A DNA stretch of 57,248 nucleotides from Prochloraceae cyanobacterium. Its GTDB lineage: Bacteria > Cyanobacteriota > Cyanobacteriia > Cyanobacteriales > JASJDA01. The stretch lies in NCBI GenBank assembly GCA_030065265.1, contig JASJCW010000003.1, positions 1-57,248 of the forward strand. Direction: 5' to 3'. Both the position numbers and the translations under genes were made by a program. Numbering within the stretch: the first letter of the stretch is position 1; the number at the start of each line of letters is the position of its first letter. Of the stretch, positions 19,586 through 28,767 are shown piece by piece. The notes below the pieces were generated by a model. It worked only from the letters and a program-made list of their open reading frames with translations. It was not told the origin of the DNA and searched no databases.

Positions 19586-19942
19586 AATTATAAATCTTGC
19601 TTGATTCTTATTTTCTAAATAAGTATTTATCTTTTTAAAATAATCTTAATTGTTTTTATATTTTCTTAAATTAGTCAAGAAAAATTAACAAAGCAATCAA
19701 AATTTTGAGTTGGCTTATAAGTATAAATTACTATCTATATTTGACGGCTTCTCTATTTCAACCGATTAAGACCAATATTTATTTCTTAAAAAAATTTTGT
19801 TGTCAAATTTCATTCTTCGGGTAAACTGAAAATTGAGGAAATTAAATAAACACTTGAAACTTAAATTAGGGTTAAGAGATCTCATCTCAAACCTAAAATT
19901 TTTAGAAAGTAAAGTGTATTTAGGTGTGAGGAAAACAACAAA

Positions 19943-21964
19943 ATGTCAAAAATATTATGGCAAGTCCTAAAAGCTGCGCCAGCAGTTTTAATTGGCTCGT
20001 TAATGGTAGCCAAAGGCTCGATCGCTGCTGAAACAACTCAAAAATTCGCAACAAACAACCAAAACAGCAGTTTAATCGCCCAAGCTAAAGATAGCAGCCA
20101 ACTTTTAGAACAGATCGATCGCTACAATCAAGAAGGCCGCGAACAAGGCCAAATCGTTAACGTTTTTCAACTCAGAGACGTTTCTCCTGGAGACTGGGCT
20201 TTTGAAGCATTACGCAGCTTAGTAGAGCGTTACGGTTGTATCGTCGGTTATCCAGACCGCACTTTCCGCGGCAACCGCGCTTTAAGCCGTTATGAATTTG
20301 CTGCTGGTTTAAACGCTTGTTTGAACCAAATCGAGCGTTTAATTGCTGCTAGCGAAGCAGTATTGCGCGAAGATATCGACAGATTGCAACGCTTAATTCA
20401 AGAATTTGAAGCAGAATTAGCTGCTTTAGGAGTAAGAGTAGATGACTTAGAAGGCCGCGTTGCTTTCTTAGAAGATCACCAATTCTCTACCACTACTAAA
20501 TTAAAAGGTGAAGTTATTATCGGTGCTAGCGTTGCTGGTGGCGGCGATAAAGCAAGCAACGGTGAAATCCTTGCTCTGGATGCTCTAGGAAATACTATCC
20601 TTGTTGAAGGCTCAGAATTCAGTAACTTACGTCCTACTAATAACCCCGTTCCTCCTTCAGATTTAGGTGGAAGAACTCAAAACATTAACGAAGCGATCGC
20701 CAGACTAAACCCTGCTTTACAAGCAAGACTTGCAGCAGATCCGAGCGTTAACCCGACTGGTATTGTCGATGCTGCTGGACTTCCCGCTCTTGTTTTTGCA
20801 GATCCAGATCCGCTCGACGATGAAGTAGTTCTCTATCAAAGAACTCGCTTAAACTTAAATACCAGTTTCACCGGAAGAGATAAATTAGTAACTCGTCTCG
20901 AATCTGGTAACGTTACTCGCTTCGATCGCGCTACTGGAACTGATTCCGCCCGTTTAGGCTTCGATAAAAACAACAACAACAATATCGACCTCGGTAAACT
21001 TTGGTATCAGTTCCCCATCGGCGAAAAAGTCACAGTACACATCGGTGCTTCTGATGTTGACTTTGACGATATTTCCGATCCTAAAAACCCTTACTTTGAA
21101 AGCAGTGGCAGCGGTGCATTAAGCCGTTTCGGTCGCCGCAACCCAGCTATTTTCCGTACTGGCGGCTCTCAATCTTTAGGTGTCAACTTCGAGTTTAACG
21201 ATATTTTTGGTGTTGACTTAGCTTATTTAACTGAAGGTTCTAACGACCCCAGAGATAAAGGCGGTCTCTTCAACGGTGACTATACTGCTGCAATTCAGTT
21301 GAATATCGATCCGACTGAAAATATTGAAATCGGTGTTGCTTACGCGCGCAGTTACCAACCTGGAGAAGAAGTAAACTTATCCGGTAGCACTGGTACTCAA
21401 GATGCTAAAAATCCTTTTGCCTATTACGAACCCGGTCTAGGATTCGGTACTCCTTTAGACGTAGTCGGCCTGCTCACTGAAGATATTCCCGTATCCGCTA
21501 ACCGCTTCGGTATTCAAGGTAGCGTCAAATTAGGCGAAAGATTTAACATCAATGCTTGGTTCGGCTACGTTGAAGGTATTGCCGAAGAACCTTCGACTCT
21601 AGTTGCACTAAACCAATTAGTTCCTGGAACATTTAGCGACACTCTCCTCGATGTTCTCGACGCTAACATTGAAGAAGGCGACAGTCGCGGTGTAATTAAC
21701 GGTGCTTTAGGTATCGCTATTCTCGATGTTGGTAAAGAAGGTAGCGTAATCGGTTTAATCGCTGGCGTACCTCCTTTTGCTCCCGACACGACTACTTTAG
21801 GTGGTTCTGACGATGTACCTATCTTTATTGAAGGTCAATATCGCTTCCCAATCACCAAAAACATCTTAATCACTCCTGGTTTATACACCATTATTAATCC
21901 AGAACAAAACTCCGCTAACGATACTATTTTCGTAGGAACTATTCGCACTACCTTCAGATTCTAG
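19943..21964 (+). CDS. Cyanobacterial SLH-domain outer-membrane porin (Som/OprB type)
   Basis: DVSPGDWAFEAL.SLVERYGCI.GYPD SLH domain, coiled coil, FSTTTKL.GE, C-terminal RTTFRF. Confidence 0.92.
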   Translation: MSKILWQVLKAAPAVLIGSLMVAKGSIAAETTQKFATNNQNSSLIAQAKDSSQLLEQIDRYNQEGREQGQIVNVFQLRDVSPGDWAFEALRSLVERYGCIVGYPDRTFRGNRALSRYEFAAGLNACLNQIERLIAASEAVLREDIDRLQRLIQEFEAELAALGVRVDDLEGRVAFLEDHQFSTTTKLKGEVIIGASVAGGGDKASNGEILALDALGNTILVEGSEFSNLRPTNNPVPPSDLGGRTQNINEAIARLNPALQARLAADPSVNPTGIVDAAGLPALVFADPDPLDDEVVLYQRTRLNLNTSFTGRDKLVTRLESGNVTRFDRATGTDSARLGFDKNNNNNIDLGKLWYQFPIGEKVTVHIGASDVDFDDISDPKNPYFESSGSGALSRFGRRNPAIFRTGGSQSLGVNFEFNDIFGVDLAYLTEGSNDPRDKGGLFNGDYTAAIQLNIDPTENIEIGVAYARSYQPGEEVNLSGSTGTQDAKNPFAYYEPGLGFGTPLDVVGLLTEDIPVSANRFGIQGSVKLGERFNINAWFGYVEGIAEEPSTLVALNQLVPGTFSDTLLDVLDANIEEGDSRGVINGALGIAILDVGKEGSVIGLIAGVPPFAPDTTTLGGSDDVPIFIEGQYRFPITKNILITPGLYTIINPEQNSANDTIFVGTIRTTFRF

Positions 21965-22017
21965 GTATTGCTCTAATAATTCGAGTATGGGTCAAAATCA
22001 CTCATACTCTTTCCTAA

Positions 22018-22056
22018 CCCGATCGCCGATTAAATGCGATCGGGCTTTGTATTTTT
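22018..22056 (+). terminator. Rho-independent terminator of the porin gene built from two HIP1-like sites
   Basis: CCCGATCGC-N9-GCGATCGGG followed by CTTTGTATTTTT. Confidence 0.6.
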
Positions 22057-22292
22057 GGCAACCCAACTGCCAATTAAATTAATAGAAACTTAATTATTTT
22101 GTGCCTTATCAAAGTATAGTGATGTTGGAAGCGAACTTATTCGATCTTTACAATCGGCGATCCAAATCTCAATTTAATAACTGTTAAATATATTTTTTCA
22201 ATATAGATGGAACAGTTAGTTAATTAGAATACTTTGTCATCCCGCGATCGAATAATAAACTTTAATTAAAGAGAAAGAATACTTCAAAAAAT

Positions 22293-23396
22293 ATGCGTTC
22301 TCTCAAGATTACAAAAAAACGAACTTGGTTAGCTCCTATACTAGCTTTAACTTTATTAATAGTAACAAGTTGTGCCGGTACGGAAACAACCGAAACAGGT
22401 GAAGCAGAAGAAACAGCAAAAAAACCAGCACCAACTACAGCAGAAGTATCGATCACAGGCGCGGGAGCAAGTTTCCCAGCTCCCCTTTACCAACGTTGGT
22501 TCTCTGAATACAATCGACTTTATCCCAACATCAAAATTAGTTACCAATCAGTTGGTAGCGGTGCTGGAGTAGAGCAATTCACCAAAGAAATACCCTTTTT
22601 TGCCGCCAGTGATGTGGCAATGAAAGATTCAGAAATTGCCAAAGTTGAAAGAGGCGTGCAATTATTACCCATGACAGCAGGGAGTATTGTTATTGCCTAT
22701 AACGTACCTGGAGTTGAAACTGGTTTAAAGCTGTCTCGAGAAGTATATGTAGATATATTCTTGGGTAAAATTACTAAATGGAACGATCGTAGAATCGTCG
22801 AAGATAATCCAGAAGTGAATTTACCCAACCAAAATATAACCGTGATCCACCGTTCCGATGGCAGCGGAACAACTGGAGTTTTTACCAAACACTTAAGTGC
22901 GATCAGTCCCGCTTGGAAAAAAGAAATCGGTGAAGGCAAAACCGTTCAGTGGAAAGGTGGAGTTGGTGCCAAAGGTAATGAAGGCGTTACCGCGCAGCTA
23001 AAACAAACTGAAGGTTCGATCGGCTACGTTGAATTTGCCTATGCAAAACAACAAAAAATCCCTTTTGCTGCCTTAGAAAACAAAGCAGGGAAGTTCATAC
23101 AAGCTTCTCAAGAATCAGCTTCTGAAACTCTTGCTGCCGTAAAATTGCCGGAAAATCTCAGAGCATTTATTACCGATCCAGAAGGTGATAATTCTTATCC
23201 AATTGTGACTTATACTTGGATTCTTGCTTATAAAAAATACGAAGATCCAGAAAAATTAAAAGCCTTTAAAGGTGTAATTAAATGGAGTCTAGAAGACGGA
23301 CAAAAAATCAGTGAACAATTAGGATACATTCCTTTACCTGAAAATGTAGTCGAAAAAGTAGAGACTGCATTAGAAGGGATTACTGTTGGAGAATAA
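22293..23396 (+). CDS. pstS: Phosphate ABC transporter substrate-binding lipoprotein PstS
   Basis: Lipobox VTSC; GAGASFPAPLY, GSGAG, RSDGSGTT and YPIVTYTW motifs. Confidence 0.95.
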   Translation: MRSLKITKKRTWLAPILALTLLIVTSCAGTETTETGEAEETAKKPAPTTAEVSITGAGASFPAPLYQRWFSEYNRLYPNIKISYQSVGSGAGVEQFTKEIPFFAASDVAMKDSEIAKVERGVQLLPMTAGSIVIAYNVPGVETGLKLSREVYVDIFLGKITKWNDRRIVEDNPEVNLPNQNITVIHRSDGSGTTGVFTKHLSAISPAWKKEIGEGKTVQWKGGVGAKGNEGVTAQLKQTEGSIGYVEFAYAKQQKIPFAALENKAGKFIQASQESASETLAAVKLPENLRAFITDPEGDNSYPIVTYTWILAYKKYEDPEKLKAFKGVIKWSLEDGQKISEQLGYIPLPENVVEKVETALEGITVGE

Positions 23397-23435
23397 AACT
23401 CCAATTTGTCTGGGATAAATCATATTATTTTTGCA

Positions 23436-23470
23436 AAAGTAGGGTGCGATCGCAAATCTCGCCCTACTTT
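23436..23470 (+). terminator. Terminator-like hairpin after pstS
   Basis: AAAGTAGGGTG...CGCCCTACTTT. Confidence 0.55.
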
Positions 23471-23547
23471 CTAATAAAATTTGAAAAATACTTTTAATTA
23501 AATAGAATATCTAGTATGATAAGAAATTGTGAGTTTTTATAGGAACG

Positions 23548-23910
23548 ATGAACGCTCGAGAAATTATCGATTCAATCGAGGCAGAACAGCTAAAAAAGAA
23601 GTTACCAACAATCCACGTTGGTGACACCATTAGAGTAGGCGTACTAATCGCAGAGGGAGGGAAAGAAAGAATCCAACCCTATGAAGGTACGGTTATCGCT
23701 ATGCGTAACGGTGGTATCAATGAAACAATCACCGTTAGGAAAGTGTTTCAAGGAGTAGGAGTAGAAAGAGTATTCTTACTTCATTCCCCTAAAGTTGCCA
23801 ACATCAAAATTATCCGTCGGGGTAAAGTACGTAGAGCTAAGCTATATTATTTGCGTAATCGTTTTGGGAAAGCAACTCGAATTCAACAACGTTTCGATCG
23901 CCCCGTGTAA
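23548..23910 (+). CDS. rplS: 50S ribosomal protein L19
   Basis: GVGVERVF and [14 protein letters not shown] motifs. Confidence 0.97.
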   Translation: MNAREIIDSIEAEQLKKKLPTIHVGDTIRVGVLIAEGGKERIQPYEGTVIAMRNGGINETITVRKVFQGVGVERVFLLHSPKVANIKIIRRGKVRRAKLYYLRNRFGKATRIQQRFDRPV

Positions 23911-24259
23911 GATCTCTATTTGCTGTGTAATATCCGCAAAATTCTTAATTCTTCTCTAGGGCACCCTATTTGAATGTCAGCTTTTTAAGCCAGTCGATCC
24001 AACGGCGGATTATCAGATCTAAACGATTACGATCCGTTTTCTTCGATTGCTTTTAAGTATTGCGAGCAGACATTCCTAAGATTTTAACATCATAGGAATT
24101 ATATTCACTTTCAAACAAATATAATTAAGACAACAGGGTAAAGCCAGAGAAATTGAAAGCGATCGCCAAACAAAAAATCAAAATTCTCGAAAAAAACAAG
24201 CAAAGTATGCTACCCTAGAAAAAGTGAAAGCTTAACTACAAATAACAGTTATGCACTGT

Positions 24260-24332
24260 GCGTCTTTAGTTCAGTTGGTAGAACGCAGGTCTCCAAAACC
24301 TGATGTCGAGGGTTCAAGTCCTTCAAGGCGCG
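24260..24332 (+). tRNA. trnW: tRNA-Trp (CCA)
   Basis: Cloverleaf with GCGTCTT/AAGGCGC acceptor stem, anticodon loop CTCCAAA and T-loop GGTTCAAGTCC; 3' CCA not encoded; canonical position before secE. Confidence 0.96.
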
Positions 24333-24485
24333 TTAGTTAGTAAAGCTAAACTTTTCTAAGCAAGCAGAAAAGCTCCAGAATAAAAAAAATTGGCTTTACA
24401 AAAAAAACAAAATAAAGCTTTGGCTTTAGCAAATACTGCCAGTCGTTGCCAAAGATAAAGCAAACTCTGGAGATGAAAGGAATCT

Positions 24486-24734
24486 ATGGGTAAAAAAAAT
24501 ACAGCAAAAAAAGAGAATACCCAAACGCAAGAACAAGAAGCAAACAACAGTGGGTTTAAATTGTTCGGGTTCGCAAACGAATCGAAGCAAGAATTAAACA
24601 AAATTGTTTGGCCTTCGAGGCAGCAACTAATCGCTGAGTCCGTAGCGGTTGTCTTAATGGTGGTATTAGTAGCAACAGTAATTTACTTAGTAGATAACTT
24701 GTTTAGCTGGGGAGCAGGGAAGGTTTTCGGATGA
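24486..24734 (+). CDS. secE: Preprotein translocase subunit SecE
   Basis: EL.KIVWPSRQQL plus one TM segment; lies before nusG. Confidence 0.93.
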   Translation: MGKKNTAKKENTQTQEQEANNSGFKLFGFANESKQELNKIVWPSRQQLIAESVAVVLMVVLVATVIYLVDNLFSWGAGKVFG

Positions 24735-25372
24735 GTTTTTCTGAAGATAGCCCCCAAGAAGAATACGAAGCCAAAGCCCCGCCAGCCAAAAAAGGTGGTT
24801 GGTATGCCGTTCAAGTTGCCTCCGGTTGTGAAAAGCGAGTTAAAACTAACTTGGAACAAAGGATCAAAACTTTGGACGTAGCCGATCGCATTTTTCAAGT
24901 CCAAATCCCCCAAACACCAACAGTAAAGGTACTTAAAGACGGCAGTCGCAAACACGGCGAAGAAAAAGTATTTCCCGGCTACGTGTTGGTGCAAATGGTG
25001 ATGGACGACGAAGCGTGGCAGGTGGTGAAAAACACGCCTAACGTGATTAACTTTGTCGGGGCAGAGCAAAAACGTCGTTACGGTAGAGGAAGAGGACACG
25101 TCACCCCCTTACCATTGTCGCGATCGGAAGTCGAAAGAATTTTCCGACAAGATCGAGAACAAGAACCAGTCGTCAAAGTAGACATGGCTGTAGGCGATAA
25201 AATACTAGTTTTAGCAGGGCCTTTCAAAGACTTCCAAGGAGAAGTTATCGAGGTCAGTCCAGAAAGAAGTAAATTAAAAGCACTCTTGTCCATCTTCGGA
25301 CGAGATACTCCAGTAGAACTAGAATTTAATCAAATCGAAAATCTTTCTCGCAACGAACGTCAAGGCGAATAA
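24731..25372 (+). CDS. nusG: Transcription termination/antitermination factor NusG
   Basis: WYAVQVASGCEKRV, FPGYVLV, KOW motif and SIFGRDTPVEL. Confidence 0.97.
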   Translation: MSFSEDSPQEEYEAKAPPAKKGGWYAVQVASGCEKRVKTNLEQRIKTLDVADRIFQVQIPQTPTVKVLKDGSRKHGEEKVFPGYVLVQMVMDDEAWQVVKNTPNVINFVGAEQKRRYGRGRGHVTPLPLSRSEVERIFRQDREQEPVVKVDMAVGDKILVLAGPFKDFQGEVIEVSPERSKLKALLSIFGRDTPVELEFNQIENLSRNERQGE

Positions 25373-25430
25373 AAAGTAAATCAAAATCAATTATCTGCAA
25401 AAATAAAAGCTAGAAAATAGATAAAGTAGC

Positions 25431-25856
25431 ATGGCAAAAAAAGTTGTTGCGCTAATTAAATTAGCGTTACCGGCTGGAAAAGCAAACCCAGCACCTCCCG
25501 TAGGGCCAGCATTAGGTCAACACGGCGTTAATATCATGGCATTTTGTAAAGAATACAATGCCAAGACATCCGATAAAGCAGGCACGATCGTGCCGGTAGA
25601 AATTTCGGTATTTGAAGATCGCAGTTTCACCTTCATCCTCAAAACGCCCCCAGCATCGGTATTAATCAAAAAAGCGGCGGGAATTGAGAAAGGATCGAGC
25701 CAACCCAATAAAGAAAAAGTTGGCAGCATTACAACCGCGCAACTGCAAGAAATTGCTCAAACCAAAATGCCCGACCTCAACGCCAACGACATCGAAGCCG
25801 CGATGAAAATCATCGAAGGAACTGCTCGCAACATGGGCATCAGCGTTAAAGAATAA
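25431..25856 (+). CDS. rplK: 50S ribosomal protein L11
   Basis: [18 protein letters not shown] motif. Confidence 0.98.
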   Translation: MAKKVVALIKLALPAGKANPAPPVGPALGQHGVNIMAFCKEYNAKTSDKAGTIVPVEISVFEDRSFTFILKTPPASVLIKKAAGIEKGSSQPNKEKVGSITTAQLQEIAQTKMPDLNANDIEAAMKIIEGTARNMGISVKE

Positions 25857-25874
25857 ATCGAGTTGAGAAATTTA

Positions 25875-25909
25875 GGGGAGAAGCACAACTTCGTTATTGA
25901 CCCAAGGAG
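25875..25909 (+). promoter_or_regulatory. Putative L1-binding autoregulatory RNA site before rplA
   Basis: GGGGAG-AAG..CTTC-GTTATTGACCC next to the RBS, resembling the L1-binding GGGAG...GACC motif. Confidence 0.5.
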
Positions 25910-25915
25910 ATAATA

Positions 25916-26629
25916 ATGGCAAAAAAATTATCGCGCCGCATGAAAGCAGCGTTAGAAAAAGTAGAAGAGAAAGCATACGAACCGATAGAAGCATTAAAAC
26001 TGCTTAAAGAAACGGCAACAGCAAAATTTGACGAAACCGCAGAAGTTCACATCCGTTTGGGTATAGACCCCAAATATAGCGACCAGCAATTGAGAACTAC
26101 CGTAATTTTCCCCAAAGGCACGGGGCAAAGCGTTAGGGTTGCAGTCATTACTAGAGGGGAAAAAGTCCAACAAGCCAACGATGCCGGAGCAGATCTAGTC
26201 GGATCGGAAGAATTAATCGACGAAATTCAAAAAGGAATGATGGATTTTGAAGTATTAATTGCTACGCCCGATATGATGCCTAAAGTTGCGAAATTAGGAA
26301 GGTTATTGGGGCCTAGAGGTTTAATGCCCTCTCCGAAAGGTGGAACGGTAACCACCGACTTAGAAGCTGCGATCGGAGAATTTAAAGCAGGAAAACAAGA
26401 ATTTAGAGCCGACAGAACTGGTATAGTTCATGTTATGTTTGGTAAAGCATCGTTCGCTCCAGAAGATTTACTGGTAAACTTAAAAGCTCTCCAGGAAGTG
26501 GTCGATCGCAATCGTCCTTCGGGTGCTAAAGGTCGTTACTGGCGGAGTATTTTTGTTTCAGCATCGATGGGGCCGGCGATTGAAGTAGATATTAGTACGC
26601 TGCGCGATCTAAAATTAGAAGCAGCTTAA
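25916..26629 (+). CDS. rplA: 50S ribosomal protein L1
   Basis: [20 protein letters not shown] and SMGP motifs. Confidence 0.98.
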   Translation: MAKKLSRRMKAALEKVEEKAYEPIEALKLLKETATAKFDETAEVHIRLGIDPKYSDQQLRTTVIFPKGTGQSVRVAVITRGEKVQQANDAGADLVGSEELIDEIQKGMMDFEVLIATPDMMPKVAKLGRLLGPRGLMPSPKGGTVTTDLEAAIGEFKAGKQEFRADRTGIVHVMFGKASFAPEDLLVNLKALQEVVDRNRPSGAKGRYWRSIFVSASMGPAIEVDISTLRDLKLEAA

Positions 26630-26671
26630 AAACAAAAGTCTTCCCAACACAAAAACTAAATATTTAATCTG

Positions 26672-26802
26672 TCCGTACCGAAGACAGCAGGTGCTAAAAG
26701 CTTAATATCCTGCCGAGGCTAACAGCAGTTATTGTCACTTTGATTCAATTCAAGTGTAACTAAGTATGAAACCTCGGCAATAAATCAATTGTCGGGGTTT
26801 TG
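26672..26802 (+). promoter_or_regulatory. L10 leader (rplJ autoregulatory RNA)
   Basis: CCGAAGACAGCAGG...TTAA..CCTGCCGAGG...CCTCGGCA...TGTCGGGGTTTT pattern upstream of rplJ. Confidence 0.8.
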
Positions 26803-26833
26803 TGTTGTATTGAGACTGACTCAGGAGGTGAAA

Positions 26834-27406
26834 ATGGGAAGAACCCGAGCGAATAAGTTAGAAGTAATCAACGATCTCAAGCAAAGCTTGAGCGAAGCCC
26901 AATTAGTCGTAGCGATCGACTATCACGGGCTATCGGTTCAAGAAATCAGCGATTTGCGCGATCGCCTGCGCGAAAAAGATAGCGTTTGTAAAGTAACTAA
27001 AAATACTTTCATGCGTCTTGCCGTCGAAGAGGATGAAAATTGGCGGCCTATGACCCAGTTTTTAGCTGGATCTTCTGCCTTTATCCTCATTAAGGACGAT
27101 ATCGGTGGCGCGATCAAAGCTTACCAAGCATTCCAAAAAGACACCAAGAAAACCGAATTTCGCGGTGGGGTAATGCAAGGTCAAGCCTTGAGTGAAGAAC
27201 AAGTTAAAGCCCTAGCTGACTTGCCTTCTAAAGAGGAATTGATGGCTCAAATCGCTGGATCTATCAAATCTATACCGACTAAATTGGCTGTGGGTGTTAA
27301 AGAAGTACCTTCGTCTGTATGTCGCGGCATCAACGAAGTACCGGCATCCTTTGCTCGCGTTATTGCAGCACTCGAAGCCAAGAAAAAAGAGCAAGAAGCA
27401 GCTTAA
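26834..27406 (+). CDS. rplJ: 50S ribosomal protein L10 (start corrected to ATG 26834)
   Basis: AGGAGG RBS; MGRTR..K, DYHGLSV, KVTKNT and LPSKEEL motifs. Confidence 0.96.
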   Translation: MGRTRANKLEVINDLKQSLSEAQLVVAIDYHGLSVQEISDLRDRLREKDSVCKVTKNTFMRLAVEEDENWRPMTQFLAGSSAFILIKDDIGGAIKAYQAFQKDTKKTEFRGGVMQGQALSEEQVKALADLPSKEELMAQIAGSIKSIPTKLAVGVKEVPSSVCRGINEVPASFARVIAALEAKKKEQEAA

Positions 27407-27487
27407 ATCGATTAAGCATTCTTTTTGCCCCGTTTAACTCACAAAACATAAAACATCTAAGTAATTCAATTGTAAAGGAGAGAATCA

Positions 27488-27889
27488 ATGTCTGCTGTTG
27501 ATGAAATCATGGACAAGCTAAAAACCCTAACTCTATTAGAAGCATCTGAGTTAGTCAAGAAGATTGAAGAAGAATTTGACGTTAGTGCTGCTGGTGGTGG
27601 CGGCGGTATGATGATGATGCCAGGAATGATGCCTGGCGCGCCTGGTGGTGCTGCGGCTGAGCCTGAAGAAGAGAAAACTGAATTCGACGTTATGCTCGAA
27701 GAAGTTCCTTCCGATAAGAAAATCGCTATCCTCAAAGTGGTTCGTAAGCTTACTGGCTTGGGACTTAAAGAAGCTAAAGACGTGGTTGAATCTGCACCTA
27801 AAGCTATCAAAGAAGGCATTCCCAAGGATGAAGCTGAAAGCATTAAGAAAGAACTCGAAGATGCTGGTGCTAAAGCTAGCGTGAAGTAG
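27488..27889 (+). CDS. rplL: 50S ribosomal protein L7/L12
   Basis: [19 protein letters not shown] and GLGLKEAK motifs. Confidence 0.98.
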   Translation: MSAVDEIMDKLKTLTLLEASELVKKIEEEFDVSAAGGGGGMMMMPGMMPGAPGGAAAEPEEEKTEFDVMLEEVPSDKKIAILKVVRKLTGLGLKEAKDVVESAPKAIKEGIPKDEAESIKKELEDAGAKASVK

Positions 27890-27928
27890 TCTTTTCAAAT
27901 AAATAAGGCAGAAGGCAGAGGTAAGTTA

Positions 27929-28073
27929 GGTCAGAGGTAATAAGATTGAAAATTAGTCGATTTATTTTCAATTAGTAGAACAAATATTATGTTTGTACCC
28001 CTGACCCCTGACCTTAAAAGGCGCAGCCTTCTGACCTCTGACCTACTGGCACCCAGTGCCCTGACCCCTGACC
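27929..28073. repeat. Dispersed structured element, copy A, with GGTCAG/CTGACC heptamer arms
   Basis: Shares identical blocks with 43341-43453; lies between convergent rplL and the ORF ending at 28074. Confidence 0.85.
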
Positions 28074-28454
28074 TCAAGACTTACAAACCCATTTCCATAA
28101 AGGATGAGCCGGGCCGGTAGCCCGGATTTTTTTTACTTGTTGTTTTAAGCGATATATTTCTTTTTGGGGAATTCCTTGAAGGATATTTCTGCTTTGCCAA
28201 GTTAAAACTGCTGCGGTCACGCCAATACAAGTAGCTAAACAAATACTAGAAAATCGATTATAATACAATCCATACCTAACTGCTATCCAAGTAAAATCCT
28301 CCAACCATAAGGAAAATTCTTGTCGCAGTCCCCAAATTCCAGCAGTTCCCAAGGTCAACCAACAACCAAGTACGAACAGCCAGCGACCGTAAACAGTTAA
28401 TTGATGTAATTTTTTAATTTCGCTCTTAAACTTGCGATCTAATTGTTTCATCAA
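28074..28454 (-). CDS. Conserved hypothetical membrane protein
   Basis: Two hydrophobic segments; LHQLTVYGRW and I...GP.HPLWKWV pattern of cyanobacterial hypotheticals. Confidence 0.7.
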   Translation of the reverse strand: MMKQLDRKFKSEIKKLHQLTVYGRWLFVLGCWLTLGTAGIWGLRQEFSLWLEDFTWIAVRYGLYYNRFSSICLATCIGVTAAVLTWQSRNILQGIPQKEIYRLKQQVKKIRATGPAHPLWKWVCKS

Positions 28455-28492
28455 TAATTATTTTGTATATATAATTATCATTCGGGTTAACC

Positions 28493-28702
28493 ATGAGCGA
28501 CACGCAAAAATGGTATGTCATTAAAGAAGACGACGGTAGTTGCAAAATAGTTGAGGCGATCGCAGATTCTTTAGCTGAACCCGATCGAAACAGAGAAGAA
28601 AATTTTGGAGCAAAAAAATATTGGGGGCCTTTCCCGTCTGCTGAAAAAGCGATCGTAGCTAGAGTAGGATTGATTCGCGCCGGAAAATGCAAGCCTGTTT
28701 AG
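28493..28702 (+). CDS. Small conserved cyanobacterial hypothetical protein
   Basis: WYVIK..DGSC.I and WGPF.S...AI..RVGLIRAGKC.P motifs. Confidence 0.7.
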   Translation: MSDTQKWYVIKEDDGSCKIVEAIADSLAEPDRNREENFGAKKYWGPFPSAEKAIVARVGLIRAGKCKPV

Positions 28703-28767
28703 TAGCCCTTGCTATCTACAGACAACAAAGGCAGGTAAGAAAGAAACGAAATTGTTCCCTATTTATG

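Noticed and set aside
19634-19876. Pho boxes upstream of the porin (TTAA-containing repeats)
   Set aside because: Only partial pairs at 10-11-bp spacing, and the best one is on the opposite strand; not distinguishable from AT-rich background by eye.
23911-24259. Hidden gene or integrated element between rplS and tRNA-Trp
   Set aside because: All frames I read are short, there is no tRNA-end duplication or integrase, and I found no convincing structure.
27584-27660. Gly/Met-rich low-complexity stretch in rplL
   Set aside because: This is the flexible L7/L12 hinge; Met/Gly-rich hinges are common in cyanobacteria.
27906-28073. CRISPR array suggested by the ATTGAAA motif and repeats
   Set aside because: No tandem repeat-spacer periodicity and no cas genes; only two dispersed copies, and the variable part is 15 nt.
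28493-28702. Transposase fragment
   Set aside because: No DDE or HTH motifs and no IS ends; it looks like a small conserved cyanobacterial protein.
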